Of a DNA stretch of 64,000 bases, positions 46,297 to 59,150 are shown piece by piece. The notes beneath the pieces are model-generated. The model was not told where the DNA came from. It was given only the letters and a program-made list of their open reading frames with translations, and searched no databases. Origin of the DNA: Folioceros fuciformis (lineage: Eukaryota); the NCBI GenBank assembly GCA_049999805.1, contig JBNGIO010006285.1, positions 90,008-154,007 of the forward strand. The letters run 5' to 3'. The position numbers and the translations under genes were made by a program. The stretch's first letter is position 1. Each line of letters opens with the position of its first letter.

Positions 46297-49200
46297 CTAT
46301 CCCTGAGAGGCGATGATAGGGTTTGAAACCATTCCGAAGTTAAGAGGATCAGATGTTTCAGCCTGCTCAAGAGACAACAAGTCAGGATCCGAATGCGTGA
46401 AGGTTGTCAAAAGAAGCAGGTCAGGAAATTTCACCGCAGGAGTTGTCAAAAGCAGGTCAGGCAATTTCACCTCAAGTAGTTCATCTTCAAGACTTCTACT
46501 GCTTGCATTAGGATGTCTCGGAGTTCTATCATGCCGTAGAATTCGTAGCTTACCTTCCTACAACAGTCAAGAGGGCAAGAATTCAGCTGTCGCATTTTCT
46601 CCCGTCTTGAGAACAAAAAACACGAAAACAAAACAAAACAAAAATGGGCACAGTGGTATTACGACTGTCATACCTTCGTGCCGTAAACAAGTCCTCCACC
46701 AACTCGTGGGTGGAAACAGGCCACATTCACTTCGTCCTCTGCACTGGGCAATACTCGAATCAATTCCATGTCTGAAACTCGATATACCTGCACCAAAATT
46801 TGCATCCTCTTAAGCTCCGGGCCCATATGATTAATAGCAGAGTTGTTAATCAAGTCGGTGAGCACCTCAAGAATAGTGTAAACTGGGATAGTCGAGTTTC
46901 CATCAACGACAAAACTTCGTAGAAGTGAATTGTGTCGGCGGCCATATGCGAGGAGAATGTGGGCAGAAGTAGGGGAGAACTACAAACAAAATCCAAAAGC
47001 AAGGCAGCTCCAGTTTAATGACTGAACACCATACCAGAGGCTGGCACCATACTACGCAAGCACAGAGTTAACTAAGCACACAGCTAACTTGAGCTAACAC
47101 AGAGCCAACTTGAGCAAACACAGAGCTAACTCGAGCAAACACAGAGCTAACTTGAGTAAACACAAAGCTAACTTCAGCAAACACAAAGCTAACTTCAGCA
47201 AACACAGAGCGAACTTGAACAAACACAGAGCTAACTTGAGCAAACACAGAGCTAACCTCAGCAAACACAAAGCTAACTAACTTGAGCAAACACAGAGCTC
47301 ACTTGAGCAAACACAGCTAACTTGAGCAAACACACAGATAAGTTTGAGCAAACACGAAGCTAGCTTGGGCAAACACACAGCGACCTAGAGCAAACACACA
47401 CCTAACTACGCTTAACTAGCTACCTGAATGGATGTCAAGCAGTGAGCGGCTCGAACTGCTCGTGAAGCCAGTACTTGTCCAAACCTGGTAATGACATCAA
47501 AGACGGACACAATCAGGAAAAACAGGTCTCTCACAACCTAAAGAGGCAATTCACAACCACCTCTCAATAGAACGGGCATGACTCTACAACTCACGTTGCC
47601 TCTTCGAGGGAATAGACACGAAGTTCGTAAATAACTTGTGGCGTAGAGATTGGATGCTGTGTGGGAGACTGAGCAGAGGCTGCTTCAGGTGAACCAACTA
47701 CATTTGCCCTCGATGATTGGCTCTCAGGCTCCATGAGTGGTAAAACACATGCTACGCAAGCAGCCAAAAAACGCCCACATGGCGAAAAATGTGCACCCAT
47801 TTCGCTGCTCAGAAAACAGAACAAAGATCAATGACATGCTGCAAGAACACTTGCAACTCTCACTGCTCCGACGACGCATCTCAACAAACAACATAACTAG
47901 GCATGATAAATCTCCTCCAACCATCCTGGACGAGTTCGCCCTCTACGGTGGAGAGGGACACGGGATGCATGATTACATACACAATACTGTCAATACTGAA
48001 ATATTCACTCACCTGCATAAGACAGCATGGGGGATAGTTAAACGACAAGTTTCTGGATCAAGAAGTGCACTTGGTCTCTTTATGTCATGCGGCCAGATCT
48101 TAAGTTTTACTGTACAGGGGACCTCTGCTGCTGCTGCTGCCGCCAAAGCTGCAGCCTGGGCAGCAGCCGCCTCAGCCACACCCAAGGTGGGAACATTTCC
48201 TCCTCTGTTTCCTTGGGTGACATTGATCCGTATAGACGCACCCGCACTGCTCGGTGCTCCAGCTACGAGCCCACCAGTAGCCAAACCTACTCCAGCAGCA
48301 GCTATGTTCCTTGCTGCAGCCCTTGCAGCAGTCATGGCTGCCATTGCAACCGTCGCTAATTGCTGCTGCTGTGGCTGCGAGACTCTGAGCTCCGTAGGAC
48401 TTGGCACAGCCTGCTGACCTATCCCTGCTTGTGCCTGGCCTTGTACCCACCCTTGCAAGAATGGTAGCTCCCAACCTGAGTAGTCCCCAACTGGTAGAAA
48501 CTGCTGCACTTGAGGACCAAACCCAGTGACCCCCTGAGGAGTGAGATAGGGAAACGCATTGACCGGCCAGATGCCTGGTCCTGGCCCAGATCCTCTAGCA
48601 TCCACCTGCCTGTGGGCAACCGGAATGGCAGGCACCCTTGTACTTGGTCCAACCTCAAACTCATCAGCCTGTGGAGCAGAGGGTGGAAGCAAAAGAGGCC
48701 CAGCTGGATCCCATGGCTCCCCAACAACTGTAGGGCTACTTCTGCCGGGGTCTCCAGCCAAATCCTGTCCTTCTCTTCCGTGTGACGCGTCGGCCTGTGC
48801 TCGTGACAATGCATTATCGCCTGATTCCTCCATGTTGGACGCTTCAGCCATAAGCATGTTACTGTCACCGCCATTCATATCGACCTCATCCGCAATCATT
48901 GCCAGATCATCAAACTCCTCATCAGATACTCGGGGAGAAACGTCCATTGGCACATGAGTCGAATACTGATCAGGTTGCAATTGTTCACTGGCATCTCGAA
49001 TCAAATTGTTCACAGCAACATTAAATAATTCTGCGCCTTGTGCATCCAAGGGTGGCTGCGCAGCTGAGGGCTCAGACGGACCCACAGGTAGACCGCCATC
49101 CCCAAATCCTTGCCAAAGCCAGTTTGAGACAGGACCGGAGGGCTGCGCATTTGTTGTACAGGTTGGACCAGCTTGAAGAGGATCAGACGGCGACGTGAAG

Positions 49201-50861
49201 TCTTTCGTCTTAGCATATTTAGGGTTCATGGAAAAATGTATCGCTGGAGGAGCATAATGCAAATACCCCCGTGTAGTGGCAAGCGTCATAGGACAATCAG
49301 GGGAGTCCAGCTCATTGACCTGCACAAAACAACCAAGTTCTACTGAGGCCTAATTCCATGCAACACGATAATAGGAAGAAGAGAAAATAGGTCAACGAGC
49401 CGATGAGTGTACCTCAGCAGTTAACAGCAGGGGTGCTGCATGGGGATGAAAGTGAACCGCTCGTAGAGACCGTCTGGTGCGAAGCACAATACTAGGATTC
49501 GCAGCAGCCCCATCCTTGGTGTACTGCCATATATACAACTGCAGCCAAGAGTGTTAGGCTACGATGAGAAGAACACCCTCACGTCAAGCTTGCAACCTGA
49601 TCAAGTGAAATGTGCGACAAAAGGTATCCACTCTTCACCTTGTGTCCCGAAGCCACAGCCAAAAGATCTCCTTGCGCATGAAATGCAAGGGAGGCAATTG
49701 GTCGGTCTGTGAGAAGAGAGACACGAGTCACCGGTCAACTTGTATGCTATCACACATTTGCAACTCGATAGGCAACACTAGGGCACATAGGGCTTACAGA
49801 AGTCGTGAGAACTAAAACATTCAACTCTGTTTGCATCCCATAGCCGAACTTCGTTGTCCAAACTCCCACTTGCGATCACATCAGAACTGCTGGGATGAAA
49901 TCGTACCTGCACAGTTACGATGTTTCTAAGAAACACAGTATGCAACCGTAGCGCAAAATCCCCTCTACTACGGGCAAAGAGTCCTAGCTCACTCGATGGA
50001 AGCCATTCAGTACAGGCCAGACTGCTTAAGGGAGGACAGGCAATGAACTGCTTCTCACCACCCAAGGTGTACGCCTGTGACCACTCAGGACTTTCAAACA
50101 ATGCCCCGTTCTGCAACATATGATTTTCACGGTGTGGTCTCCGCTGCACAGTGGGCAAGGCAGAAGATAAAGCGTGAGAAGCGTGTCAGGCAGCTCGTTC
50201 ACGCGAGGCCCAGCCACAGAAAGGGACCGGATGCTTACTGGGTTGATGCTAGGGTATTCCCATCAGGGCTGAAAGCTGCTGCAATTGTCGACCTGGGGGC
50301 TGGTTGCAATGGGCAATACTTGGCAGTGCAGTGCCTCAACGATTCAGCCTCCAACCTGAATGAACAACGTTGCTTAGCGAAGAGCTCTAAACCGCTAGAC
50401 CGTTATTTCCACCTTTGCATATTCCCAAGCAGAGCCTACAGTCATGTGGCAGGCGAATGGGAGAGCTAGAGTGTCCACAACGGCAAAAGAAACAGGCGCA
50501 TACCAAAATATAAGTCCAAGCCTCGCATCAGTCCCTTCTCGCATGGATCCCCTACAATCCACACTCCATGCCGCTGCATCTCCCCACAAGCGCTTGAGGG
50601 GCCGCTTCACTGTCGGAGATACCTCTCTCCATGCCAGAAGCCGCGACACATTCTCTCCCTGCAGCCAAAACGAGTTCAGACATGCTCTACATGGTAGTCT
50701 CGAAAAGACGATTCTAGGTAGACCTGGGAAGCAATAAGACGTGAAAACCGAGGCACGTGTCCAGCCCTCTGCAAATGACGGCGTACCACATGTGACTTGC
50801 TCTTGCCAGATGAGGAGGTGCCTGTGCAAGCAGCTCTTTCCGTGTCACGGGCAAGACCCAT
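46297..50861 (-). CDS. AMBRA1-like WD40 protein, multi-exon
   Basis: NVSRLLAWREVSP, PRSTIAAAFSPDG, GDHTVKII, LSGHRRTPWVVRFHP, ASGSLDNEVRLWD, RLTIPHAVLCSEMGAHFSPCGRFL, LPSAEDEVNVACFHP, GLVYGTKEGKLRIL. Confidence 0.93.
47060..47400. repeat. 21-bp intronic minisatellite, about 16 copies
   Basis: cagagctaacttgagcaaaca in tandem, degenerating toward the ends. Confidence 0.9.
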
Positions 50862-52019
50862 GCTATCAGCTTCTTATCAGGCATTCCATCGACATCCACT
50901 AGCTACGAGATTGTTGGCATCCTCTGCCTCCCTCTCCAGCAGCAGCACCAGCACTACCACAGAGATCCGTTTCGAAAATCCTAACTCCCCTCTACCACCG
51001 CCCACGAAACGACACCCAATCTTGAGCACCTGCAAGAACGCCATGCTAAAAATCAGACGCGCACCAAAGCAGGCGCACAAACTTAGTGCCACCGCCACCA
51101 TCTCCACACCGACTCCACTAACAAACCAAAAACCTAAACCAGCTGCTCCCTCCCAGGACTCTGCCTCCACCACACCGCCCCTCAGAAGCGACTCACAAGC
51201 AGTGCGATTAGGTCAGGACCATCGAGAATGCGCAACATCCCCCGGGTCGGCAGCCCCCGGTCCAGGGCCAGGCATAACCGCAGGCAGCGGCGGAAGCATG
51301 GGCAGCGGGAGGGGCAGCAGCAACAGCTCGCCGTGCCGTGCCGTGCCGAGCCGTGCTGTGCCGCTCACGAGTTGCAGCTGCAGGGTGCCCGTGCCCGCCC
51401 CTACCATTCCTCCCGGACGCAGTTCCAAGCCCGCACCCGGAACGGGGATGCCTGTAACGGACAGCATCAGACAGAGGATTGGAAAACAGAGTCGGAGGTT
51501 GGGGTGGCAAGCACCTGACAACGGGCATGACTCCGGCTCCAACTCCTGCTCCGGCCCCGACTCCGGGTCCCACGCGATTCCCGCGGCCGGCTGTCCACAC
51601 ATCCCCCTGCTTCGCACCGCACCTCACCGCACCGCCCCGCCTTGCCCTCCCAATCCGGGCCCGGGCGCCTGCTGACCGCGCCCCGAATCGAATCCAATCC
51701 AATCCCAACCTCGTGCAACGTGCATTCAAAATCCGGAATCCCGCCCGGGCAGGGCAGCGGATCCCCCTGCCTCCACCGATCCCACGGCAGCCCCGGGAGC
51801 TGCGGCCCCCGTCCCCCCTCTGCCTCCCGGGTGCCCGCTACTTCTCCGGCACCAATCGCGAACAGCGCCAGGCGGTGCTGCTGCCTGGAGATGGCGAAGA
51901 CACTACTGATCTGCTGCTGCTGCTGCCGCCGCCGCCGCCACCGCCGCTGGTGCTGCTCGCCGTGCGTCCTCTGCCCTCCCTTCCTTGCTGAGCCTGCGCT
52001 GTTGCGTTGTGGTGTGTTG

Positions 52020-52419
52020 NNNNNNNNNNNNNNNNNNNNNNNNNNNNNNNNNNNNNNNNNNNNNNNNNNNNNNNNNNNNNNNNNNNNNNNNNNNNNNNNN
52101 NNNNNNNNNNNNNNNNNNNNNNNNNNNNNNNNNNNNNNNNNNNNNNNNNNNNNNNNNNNNNNNNNNNNNNNNNNNNNNNNNNNNNNNNNNNNNNNNNNNN
52201 NNNNNNNNNNNNNNNNNNNNNNNNNNNNNNNNNNNNNNNNNNNNNNNNNNNNNNNNNNNNNNNNNNNNNNNNNNNNNNNNNNNNNNNNNNNNNNNNNNNN
52301 NNNNNNNNNNNNNNNNNNNNNNNNNNNNNNNNNNNNNNNNNNNNNNNNNNNNNNNNNNNNNNNNNNNNNNNNNNNNNNNNNNNNNNNNNNNNNNNNNNNN
52401 NNNNNNNNNNNNNNNNNNN
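52020..52419. other. Assembly gap of 400 N (other gaps at 11925-12024, 15208-15217 and 28456-28555)
   Basis: Runs of N. Confidence 1.
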
Positions 52420-54204
52420 GGGTTGGTTCGGGCGTGGGGCCGACTGGCCGCGCACTGGCGCTGCGTCAGGCTCAGCCTCAGGGTCCGGCTCAGGCTCTCA
52501 GGCTGTGAGGTTCGGGACCGGAGTCTCAGAATCCGCACTTCCAGCACCTCTCCCACCTTTCAAATTATTTCCTCCGGTCCCCACCCACTAGCTCTCATAA
52601 GATCCCCTTTCTTCCACAGCCAGACACGAAACTATCGTCCTTGTCCTTTCAACTTACATCCAAATCCTTAGATTCTGCTGCGCAATGAAGGATGACCCAT
52701 GTAGGCAGGGGTCCATGTTCGCTGCATACGTACATACATATGTGCTAGCTCATGTTAGCTGAACGTACAAATATCTATTATTATTTTTCTGGGTGGAGGA
52801 GGGATTGTGCAATTTTTGAATGAATTTCGATCAACAATTGGTCATAATTTTTTACCTAATTGTTGCGCACCCTAATCATTACTTCATTACTTGTTGTCAT
52901 TCCTAACATGATTTTCAAACACTCCAACATGACTTTATTTGTTAAGCCGTGTAACAAGGAGTACAAACTTCTTGTTAAGCCTTGTAATAGGGAGGGAATT
53001 TTCCCATTGAAGACACGCAGGTCATGAGGAATGGGAAAATTATGGATATCTTTGACGGCTTCTACCTCCCACTCATAATGAATCCTTTTAGAAAAAGGAT
53101 TCAATAGGTATGTGTACCTATATTCATTTTCGTTTATATTTAATGATAGGTTTAAAAAAATAGAATTCAAATAGGCCAAAATATGTAAAAACCATAACAT
53201 AATCAACAAGCTTTTAGTACATACATATCAAACCCTAACCCAATGAGCAAACGAGGTTAATGGCCGAAGGGGCTGGTAGCTACTGACATACCCTGACACA
53301 CACCCAATATAAAAAAAACTCCTACGCAATTGTATGCTGACCCGTGGCATATTTAACAATGTTATTACGGGTCGATGATTTACTAGGCACAGTCCATTTC
53401 AATACTCATTCACATGCAATTCATTTTATTACTTCAGCAGCCTGCGAAACATACTTCTTCGTCAAACCAGCTTCATGCACTTCATTTTGGTTAAGCAAGT
53501 TTCCCGCCCATCTTCCACAAAGCTTTGTTGTGCACTTGGTTTGGCTTAACCTCGAAAGACAAGGATCCCTTTATTCGTCATCCTCGTGAAACAATGTTGT
53601 CCTACGTAAGTGGTGGTTTCAGCAGTCCAGCTAAGTGGCAAGTGAGTGGTTGTCATAAGGCTTACAAGTCAGTAGCTTTTCACCTACGACCAGTTTCTCT
53701 TTGTCAGCTTTAACAATGCCCATCCTTGGGGCGTTTATCATTGGCAACACCTTGCCACTAGTTGGTATTCGGGGTTTAGCAGCAGGCCCTTCCTTGCAGG
53801 TACATCCAACACCTCAAACTGCAACTCATCTCCCCCAAGATGAAGACTGTGTGCAATTCTCTCTAGTGCCCACCAAACGATGATAACAACAGGTCTGAAA
53901 AGTGTGCATGGTTTAAGATTGTTGACCTTTATATGCATAATCGTGCTCACGTTGTGTCCGAAGTGCATGCTTCTTCACACAAGAGGTCAAGTGTGGACAA
54001 TTCTACACTAAGTGGAGCTAGCAATGACGACATCGCTAAAAAGAGAAAGACCTCTCAAGAAAGTTCAAGTGATGCTATCAGCATGTTGAGCTCCATGTCC
54101 AAGAAACTAGAAGCCCTTGAAGAGAAGAAAGTAGCACTACTCGAAACTTTAGTTGCCTCTCTGGCCACAAGTTTCAAGAAACAGTCTTAGTTCATATTTG
54201 AATT

Positions 54205-55100
54205 TACAGTTTAGCTGCAACTTTCAAGGTTAGTAGCGGCTGCTAGAGGCATGTTCTATGAGAACTAAGACCACCATCATGTAGAGATTGTAAAGCTCTA
54301 TATCTGCGTGTATAAATCAGGATTTCTTAGGGTCCAAACTTCACCTGATTTGCATTCAAAGTTTGACTCTCATTTTTTATAAACAAAGTCTTAAACAACT
54401 TTGAGTGTTCCTAGCAACTGCTAAACGCATGTGCCATAAAAACTAAGACCACCATAGTGTTCAGCTTGCAAAGGCCTACATGTGGGTGTATAAATTATGA
54501 TTTCTTAAGGTCTAGATGGGAACTGGTTCGTCGTCTAAGTTTGCCTTTTATTTTCAATACACAAAGTCTTGCTGCAACTTTCAACGTTCGTAGAAACTTC
54601 TACATGTATTTTCTACAAAAACTAAAACCACCATAGTGTTCAGCTTGCAAAGGCCTACACGCGGGTATATAAATTATGATTTCTTAAGGTCTAGATGGGA
54701 ATTGATTTGTCATCCAAGTTTGCCTTTTATTTTCAATATATAAAGTCATGCTCTAACTTTCAATGTTCGTAGTAACTGCTAAATGCATGTTCTGTAAAAA
54801 CTAGGACCATCATTATGTAGAGCTTGCAAAGCCCTACACGTGGGTATATAAAGCATGATTTCTAAGATTCCACACGTCAACTAATTTGCTATCAAATCGT
54901 GACTTTTATTTTGATGGGTAAAGTCTGGATGCATCTTTGAATGTTCATAGTATGACTGCATCTTTGAATGTTCATAGCAACTACTGGAGACATGCTTTGT
55001 AAGATCCAAGTTCATCATCGCATAGAGCATCTAAGGCCTACGCGTGGGTATGTAAATTATGCATCGTAAGAGTCTACATGTGAACTGAAATTCACTTCAA
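54205..55100. repeat. ~179-bp tandem array, 5 diverged copies
   Basis: The aactaagaccaccat anchor occurs at 54263, 54441, 54620 and 54799, with a diverged copy near 55004. Confidence 0.88.
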
Positions 55101-55115
55101 AGAGTTCCCTCGTCA

Positions 55116-56287
55116 TCATGAGACTCTACCTCTATATCCTCCCAAAAAACTAAATTGACATTTTTCTGGTTTTCTGGTTTCGTAGAGGGCTCTGGCTAGG
55201 TTACGGATTTGCTTCACTCCAGCTTGATATCCCGGCAGATCCAATGCTACTGGTTGTTCCCTTCCATCAGCATCTACAAGCTTTTGTCCATTTCCCATGC
55301 TAGGTCGCACTCCATTTAGTTCATACAGGGTTTCTCGAGCTACTCTTGTCGCTTCTTCATCGCCACCATCGACATGAAGAACACTTGAGTACGTTGCCTT
55401 ATCCAACCAATCTTGATGAAAAGTGTCCTTATGGATAATGCATATGTTGTGTAGAATCAAGCACGCCTGAACAACAACAGGGATGTTTTGCAGCTCCATG
55501 TCCAATCTTTTTAGCAAGCATCTCCACTTGGCTTCTAAAATTCCAAATGTTCTTTCCACAGCCATCCTAGTGGAACTTTGAACAAAGTTCCAATGCTCCT
55601 GCACTAGGCGTTAGACCATCCTTTGATTTCTATAAGGCGTCAACATATAGAGCCTGGGCCAATAGCTTGCATCTCCTACGAGACAATAAGGTCCTAGCTT
55701 GCATGCAGCACACTTTTGTCCAAGTTCAGATCTAGTGAATAGATTCCAATCATTCAAACTACCTGCCCATCTGAAGTCATAATCCCACACTAAGTAATTT
55801 GCAGTCACTGTTAATTGAAGAAGTTGAGAATAGAAGCCTTTCTGTTTATAGTAGTCACCCTTGTTTTTGCAAGGCCCAATAATGGGAATATGACTCCCGT
55901 CTACAGCTCCAATCACATACGGAATCCCTTGTAGTTCACGGAACTCAGATGCATATTCAACCATTTTGCTCTTTGTAGGCCACATGATATATGTATCATG
56001 CAACTTACAAACAGATGTGCTATATCCATAATAGTCGGCAAGTGTCTTGAGAGTGTCTCCAATTGCTAGCCTCCTTAGTGCCAATTGCTAGCCTCCTTAG
56101 TGCCATGGCAATTCTTGCATCCATAGGAATGGCTTTCCGGCATGTGGTGTCTTTTTTGTGGCAAAGAGCCAATTTCAGCACACAAACACTGGAAAGTGGC
56201 TTTGCTCATTCGACAACGCTGCTTGAACATTTCATCTGTGTAAGACCCAAGAATGGATTGATATGTGAAACCATGGTTTCGTTTCAC
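55116..56287 (-). pseudogene. Harbinger/HARBI1-type DDE transposase pseudogene
   Basis: RMSKATFQCL, AIPMDARIAMALRRLAIG, GAVDGSHIPI, LVGDASY, RMAVERTFGIL..KWRCL, ACLILHNIC. Disrupted by a 22-bp duplication (56059-56102) and a stop at 55611. Confidence 0.92.
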
Positions 56288-57932
56288 ACACCATGTTGAC
56301 CGTCGTTTTCTTTGTCTCCCACTAGACTCTAGCTATTCCTGATGCAAAGCCACTGCTGGAGTAGATATGAATGTCCGTAGGGAAGATGAACAAATCTCGA
56401 GAGCACACAACACACTTAGAGCTAATAAAATCTTCTCTCTACAGCCATTCTGTAGCGTTGCCAATTCCGTGTCCTCATGGCTATCCAAGTTCATCACTCC
56501 AGGAATTTGGAGAGCCATTTCACTGTCCTCCCCTTCCATGTAGGAGCCTTCTTGACGCCCATTCTGCAGCGTTGCCAATTCCATGTCCTTGGAGCTATCC
56601 ACGTCCATCACCCCAGGAATTTGGAGAGCATCTCACGCTCCTCCCCTTCCATGTAGGAGCTTTCTCGACGTTGTTGCCTCAACCCTAAATTGGTTTACCA
56701 GCGAGAATGATTGGGAAGGTAGCGGGGGAGGAGCTTTCTCGACGTCGTGGCCTCAACCCTAAATTGGTCTACCAACAAGAATGATTGTGAAGGTAGCGGG
56801 GACGAGCACGGTTGAATGGCAAACTGGTTCACAACTCGTAATTACGAGATTATAACAAGTTTCCCATAAAGAGGTGCTGCAAAGACGAGATGTAAATACC
56901 TCACCATGAACCGTGATGCCTGGAACGGGATGTCAGAAAATAGAGTTCGACTGGTCAAGCGTACAACTACATCTCTATAAAATCCTTGTCACCATGTGTC
57001 AGGGTCACAACCGGCCGGTGAGCAGTGCTTCGTGACAGCCCGGTCATAGTGTAAACCCGGTCTTAGGGTGCAACTGCAATAAACAGCAGTATGTACGTAT
57101 GTACTCAGTGTCTGGTCGACGTTTGAAGTATCTGTTTTGAAAAGCGGGTGGGTCGGTTTCACACGAAGCAGACTGAATCAGGACAAATCACACGCTCCGT
57201 GCATTACACTTATTGTGTGCCTTTGAAAGCTCCATAAGCCGCGGTGTGTACTTGCGTCGATGTTATCGTGGGTCCCTGGATGCTTCCCTGAAGCGACTGG
57301 GCATCTTTTTGTGCACGACATCGTGCGAATAGAGCAAAGAACGGGGGATGCTTACCGTAGCTAAACCTTATGGACAAAGTCACGTCCTCCGAGTTGCAAT
57401 CGACCTGCCTGAAGGGGATACACGGGGATATGCCAACTATTGCAAGTCATCTGATGTTTCAAATTGAAAGTGACAGGACGGGTGATCCAGTGCCCTATAC
57501 TTGTAGGCTGTGTGACATCTGCCGGCCGCCACATGCTTGTCATCGGATCCACCTCCGAAGGTTGGTAGCCCTAACAGCATCTTGCGGCTGGAAACTGTGC
57601 GAAGCTTCTCAGCTGTCATGCACTTTTGGTGACGTTGTTTGTGGTGTGTAAACCCAGGAGGGGGCTTGCTGTTGGCCCTTCAACCCAAGCGGTTTCTGCG
57701 ATTCCGTGCTTGCAGTAGCATCGGTCGAGCTGGGAACAGGGTTGGTGCACAAAGGGCTGGAGGGACTGTTGAAAGGGGTCGTGCCCAGAGGGCTGCCTGC
57801 TCCTCTTCTGTGACAAAAGGCAGTGGTATGCATGCAGTTTGCTTTTCATAGCTGTCTGCTGACTCGGATGTCGTGTGCTGCATCACATGGTTAGGTGAGT
57901 GTTTTTTTGTGGGACTGTGACATGCAGCAACT

Positions 57933-58962
57933 ATGGGTTCACCGCTCCCCCCGGTGAAGAAGTTGCGGGCAGTTTTGTTTGATGTGGACGGAACTCTGGT
58001 GGACTCTGATCCCATTCATTTCAAGGCTTTCCAGGACACCTTGCTGGAGGTTACCTCCCCTCTGTTGTTCTTACTCATGAAGCTTGCTTTCACTCCCGCT
58101 TACGTAATATATGCTTGATGGCGTTCGGAACTTTTGTAATCGGTTACGTGAAATGGCAGATAGGGTTCCAAGGCGGAGTTCCCATAGACCACGAGTTTTA
58201 CCTCAAGTATATCACCGGCAAGCACAACAGTGAAATTGGTGCTGCCTTGTTTCCTGACTGGGATGAAGCCAAGAAAGAGAAGTTTCTGGATGATAAGGAG
58301 GTTTACTTCCGCAGGTGTGAGCTCCTTTTCCTGTGTGAGCGTTGCAGCGGGCGAGTAACTGTTTGCTGTCTGTGAACGTGACATCCTAATATTTGGTCGA
58401 CTTCTTTTGCAGGCTTGCAGCTGACAGTTTGAAGCCAGTGGAAGGTCTTGACAGGCTGCGGAAGTGGGTTGAGGGGCATGGGCTATGTCGTGCTGCTGTC
58501 ACAAATGCACCCCGTGAAAACGCTAAGCAGATGATCGCATCAGCGGGTCTCTCTGATTTTTTCCAGCTTGTGGTCATTGGTGATGAGTGCGAACGCGTGA
58601 AGCCTTTCCCTGATCCGTACTTGAAGGCATTGAATCATTTTGGCGTGTCTGCTGACGAGGCTTTTGCATTGGAGGTAAGAGGAGCTTGTGGTTCTCTCTA
58701 TGAGGTGCACATTTGAATGACGTCCGTGCTTTCATGGTTCCGAAACCGGGTAACAGTGCTATGACGTTTCTTCCTGGCCTTTTTCCCCCTGCAGGATTCT
58801 CCCTCAGGACTGAAAGCCGCAGTTTCAGCGGGCCTGGCTGTGGTAGGTCTGACTACAGGCAATTCTGAGTCAGTCCTTTTGGAAGCCGGAGCTTCACTCA
58901 TCATAAAGAACTTCAATGACCAGGCTCTGTGGAAAGCGTTGGAAGAAGTCCGTTCAACCTGA
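57933..58962 (+). CDS. HAD-superfamily sugar phosphatase (Sgpp/CbbY-like), four exons
   Basis: VLFDVDGTLVDSD motif I, AAVTNAPR motif II, KPFPDPY motif III, EDSPSG motif IV. Confidence 0.92.
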
Positions 58963-59150
58963 GCGTTAAACACTGTGGAAGTTGGCATCTGAACCAGTTC
59001 TTGCAAATGCGTGCTTGCGTTTTCTCTGATTCACGTTGCCTACTGCATTTTTCATATGCATCCTTGACAAGCTATTCATGAATTTTTTTTCATCTTTTTT
59101 CTATCGATGACTAGTATTTTACACAGACGCTGCCTTGTGGCATCCCTACC

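Larger units (their letters stand above)
53933..56810. mobile_element. Decayed PIF/Harbinger DNA transposon (boundaries not defined)
   Basis: Minus-strand Harbinger transposase, a convergent plus-strand basic/coiled-coil ORF tail (53933-54190) like the C-terminus of the Myb/SANT partner, and internal direct repeats. No paired TIRs found. Confidence 0.75.

Noticed and set aside
50797-52671. Long GC-rich ORFs upstream of the AMBRA1-like gene
   Set aside because: Low-complexity 5' UTR/promoter sequence with CTG/CCG repeats; several ORFs are open only because they cross the 400-N gap.
52998-53103. Two short inverted repeats as a structured RNA or MITE
   Set aside because: Stems are about 12 bp in AT-rich DNA, with no target-site duplication or RNA family signature.
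57043-57066. Harbinger terminal inverted repeat (tagtgtaaacccggtct)
   Set aside because: It looks plausible as one end, but I found no matching inverted copy on the left side.
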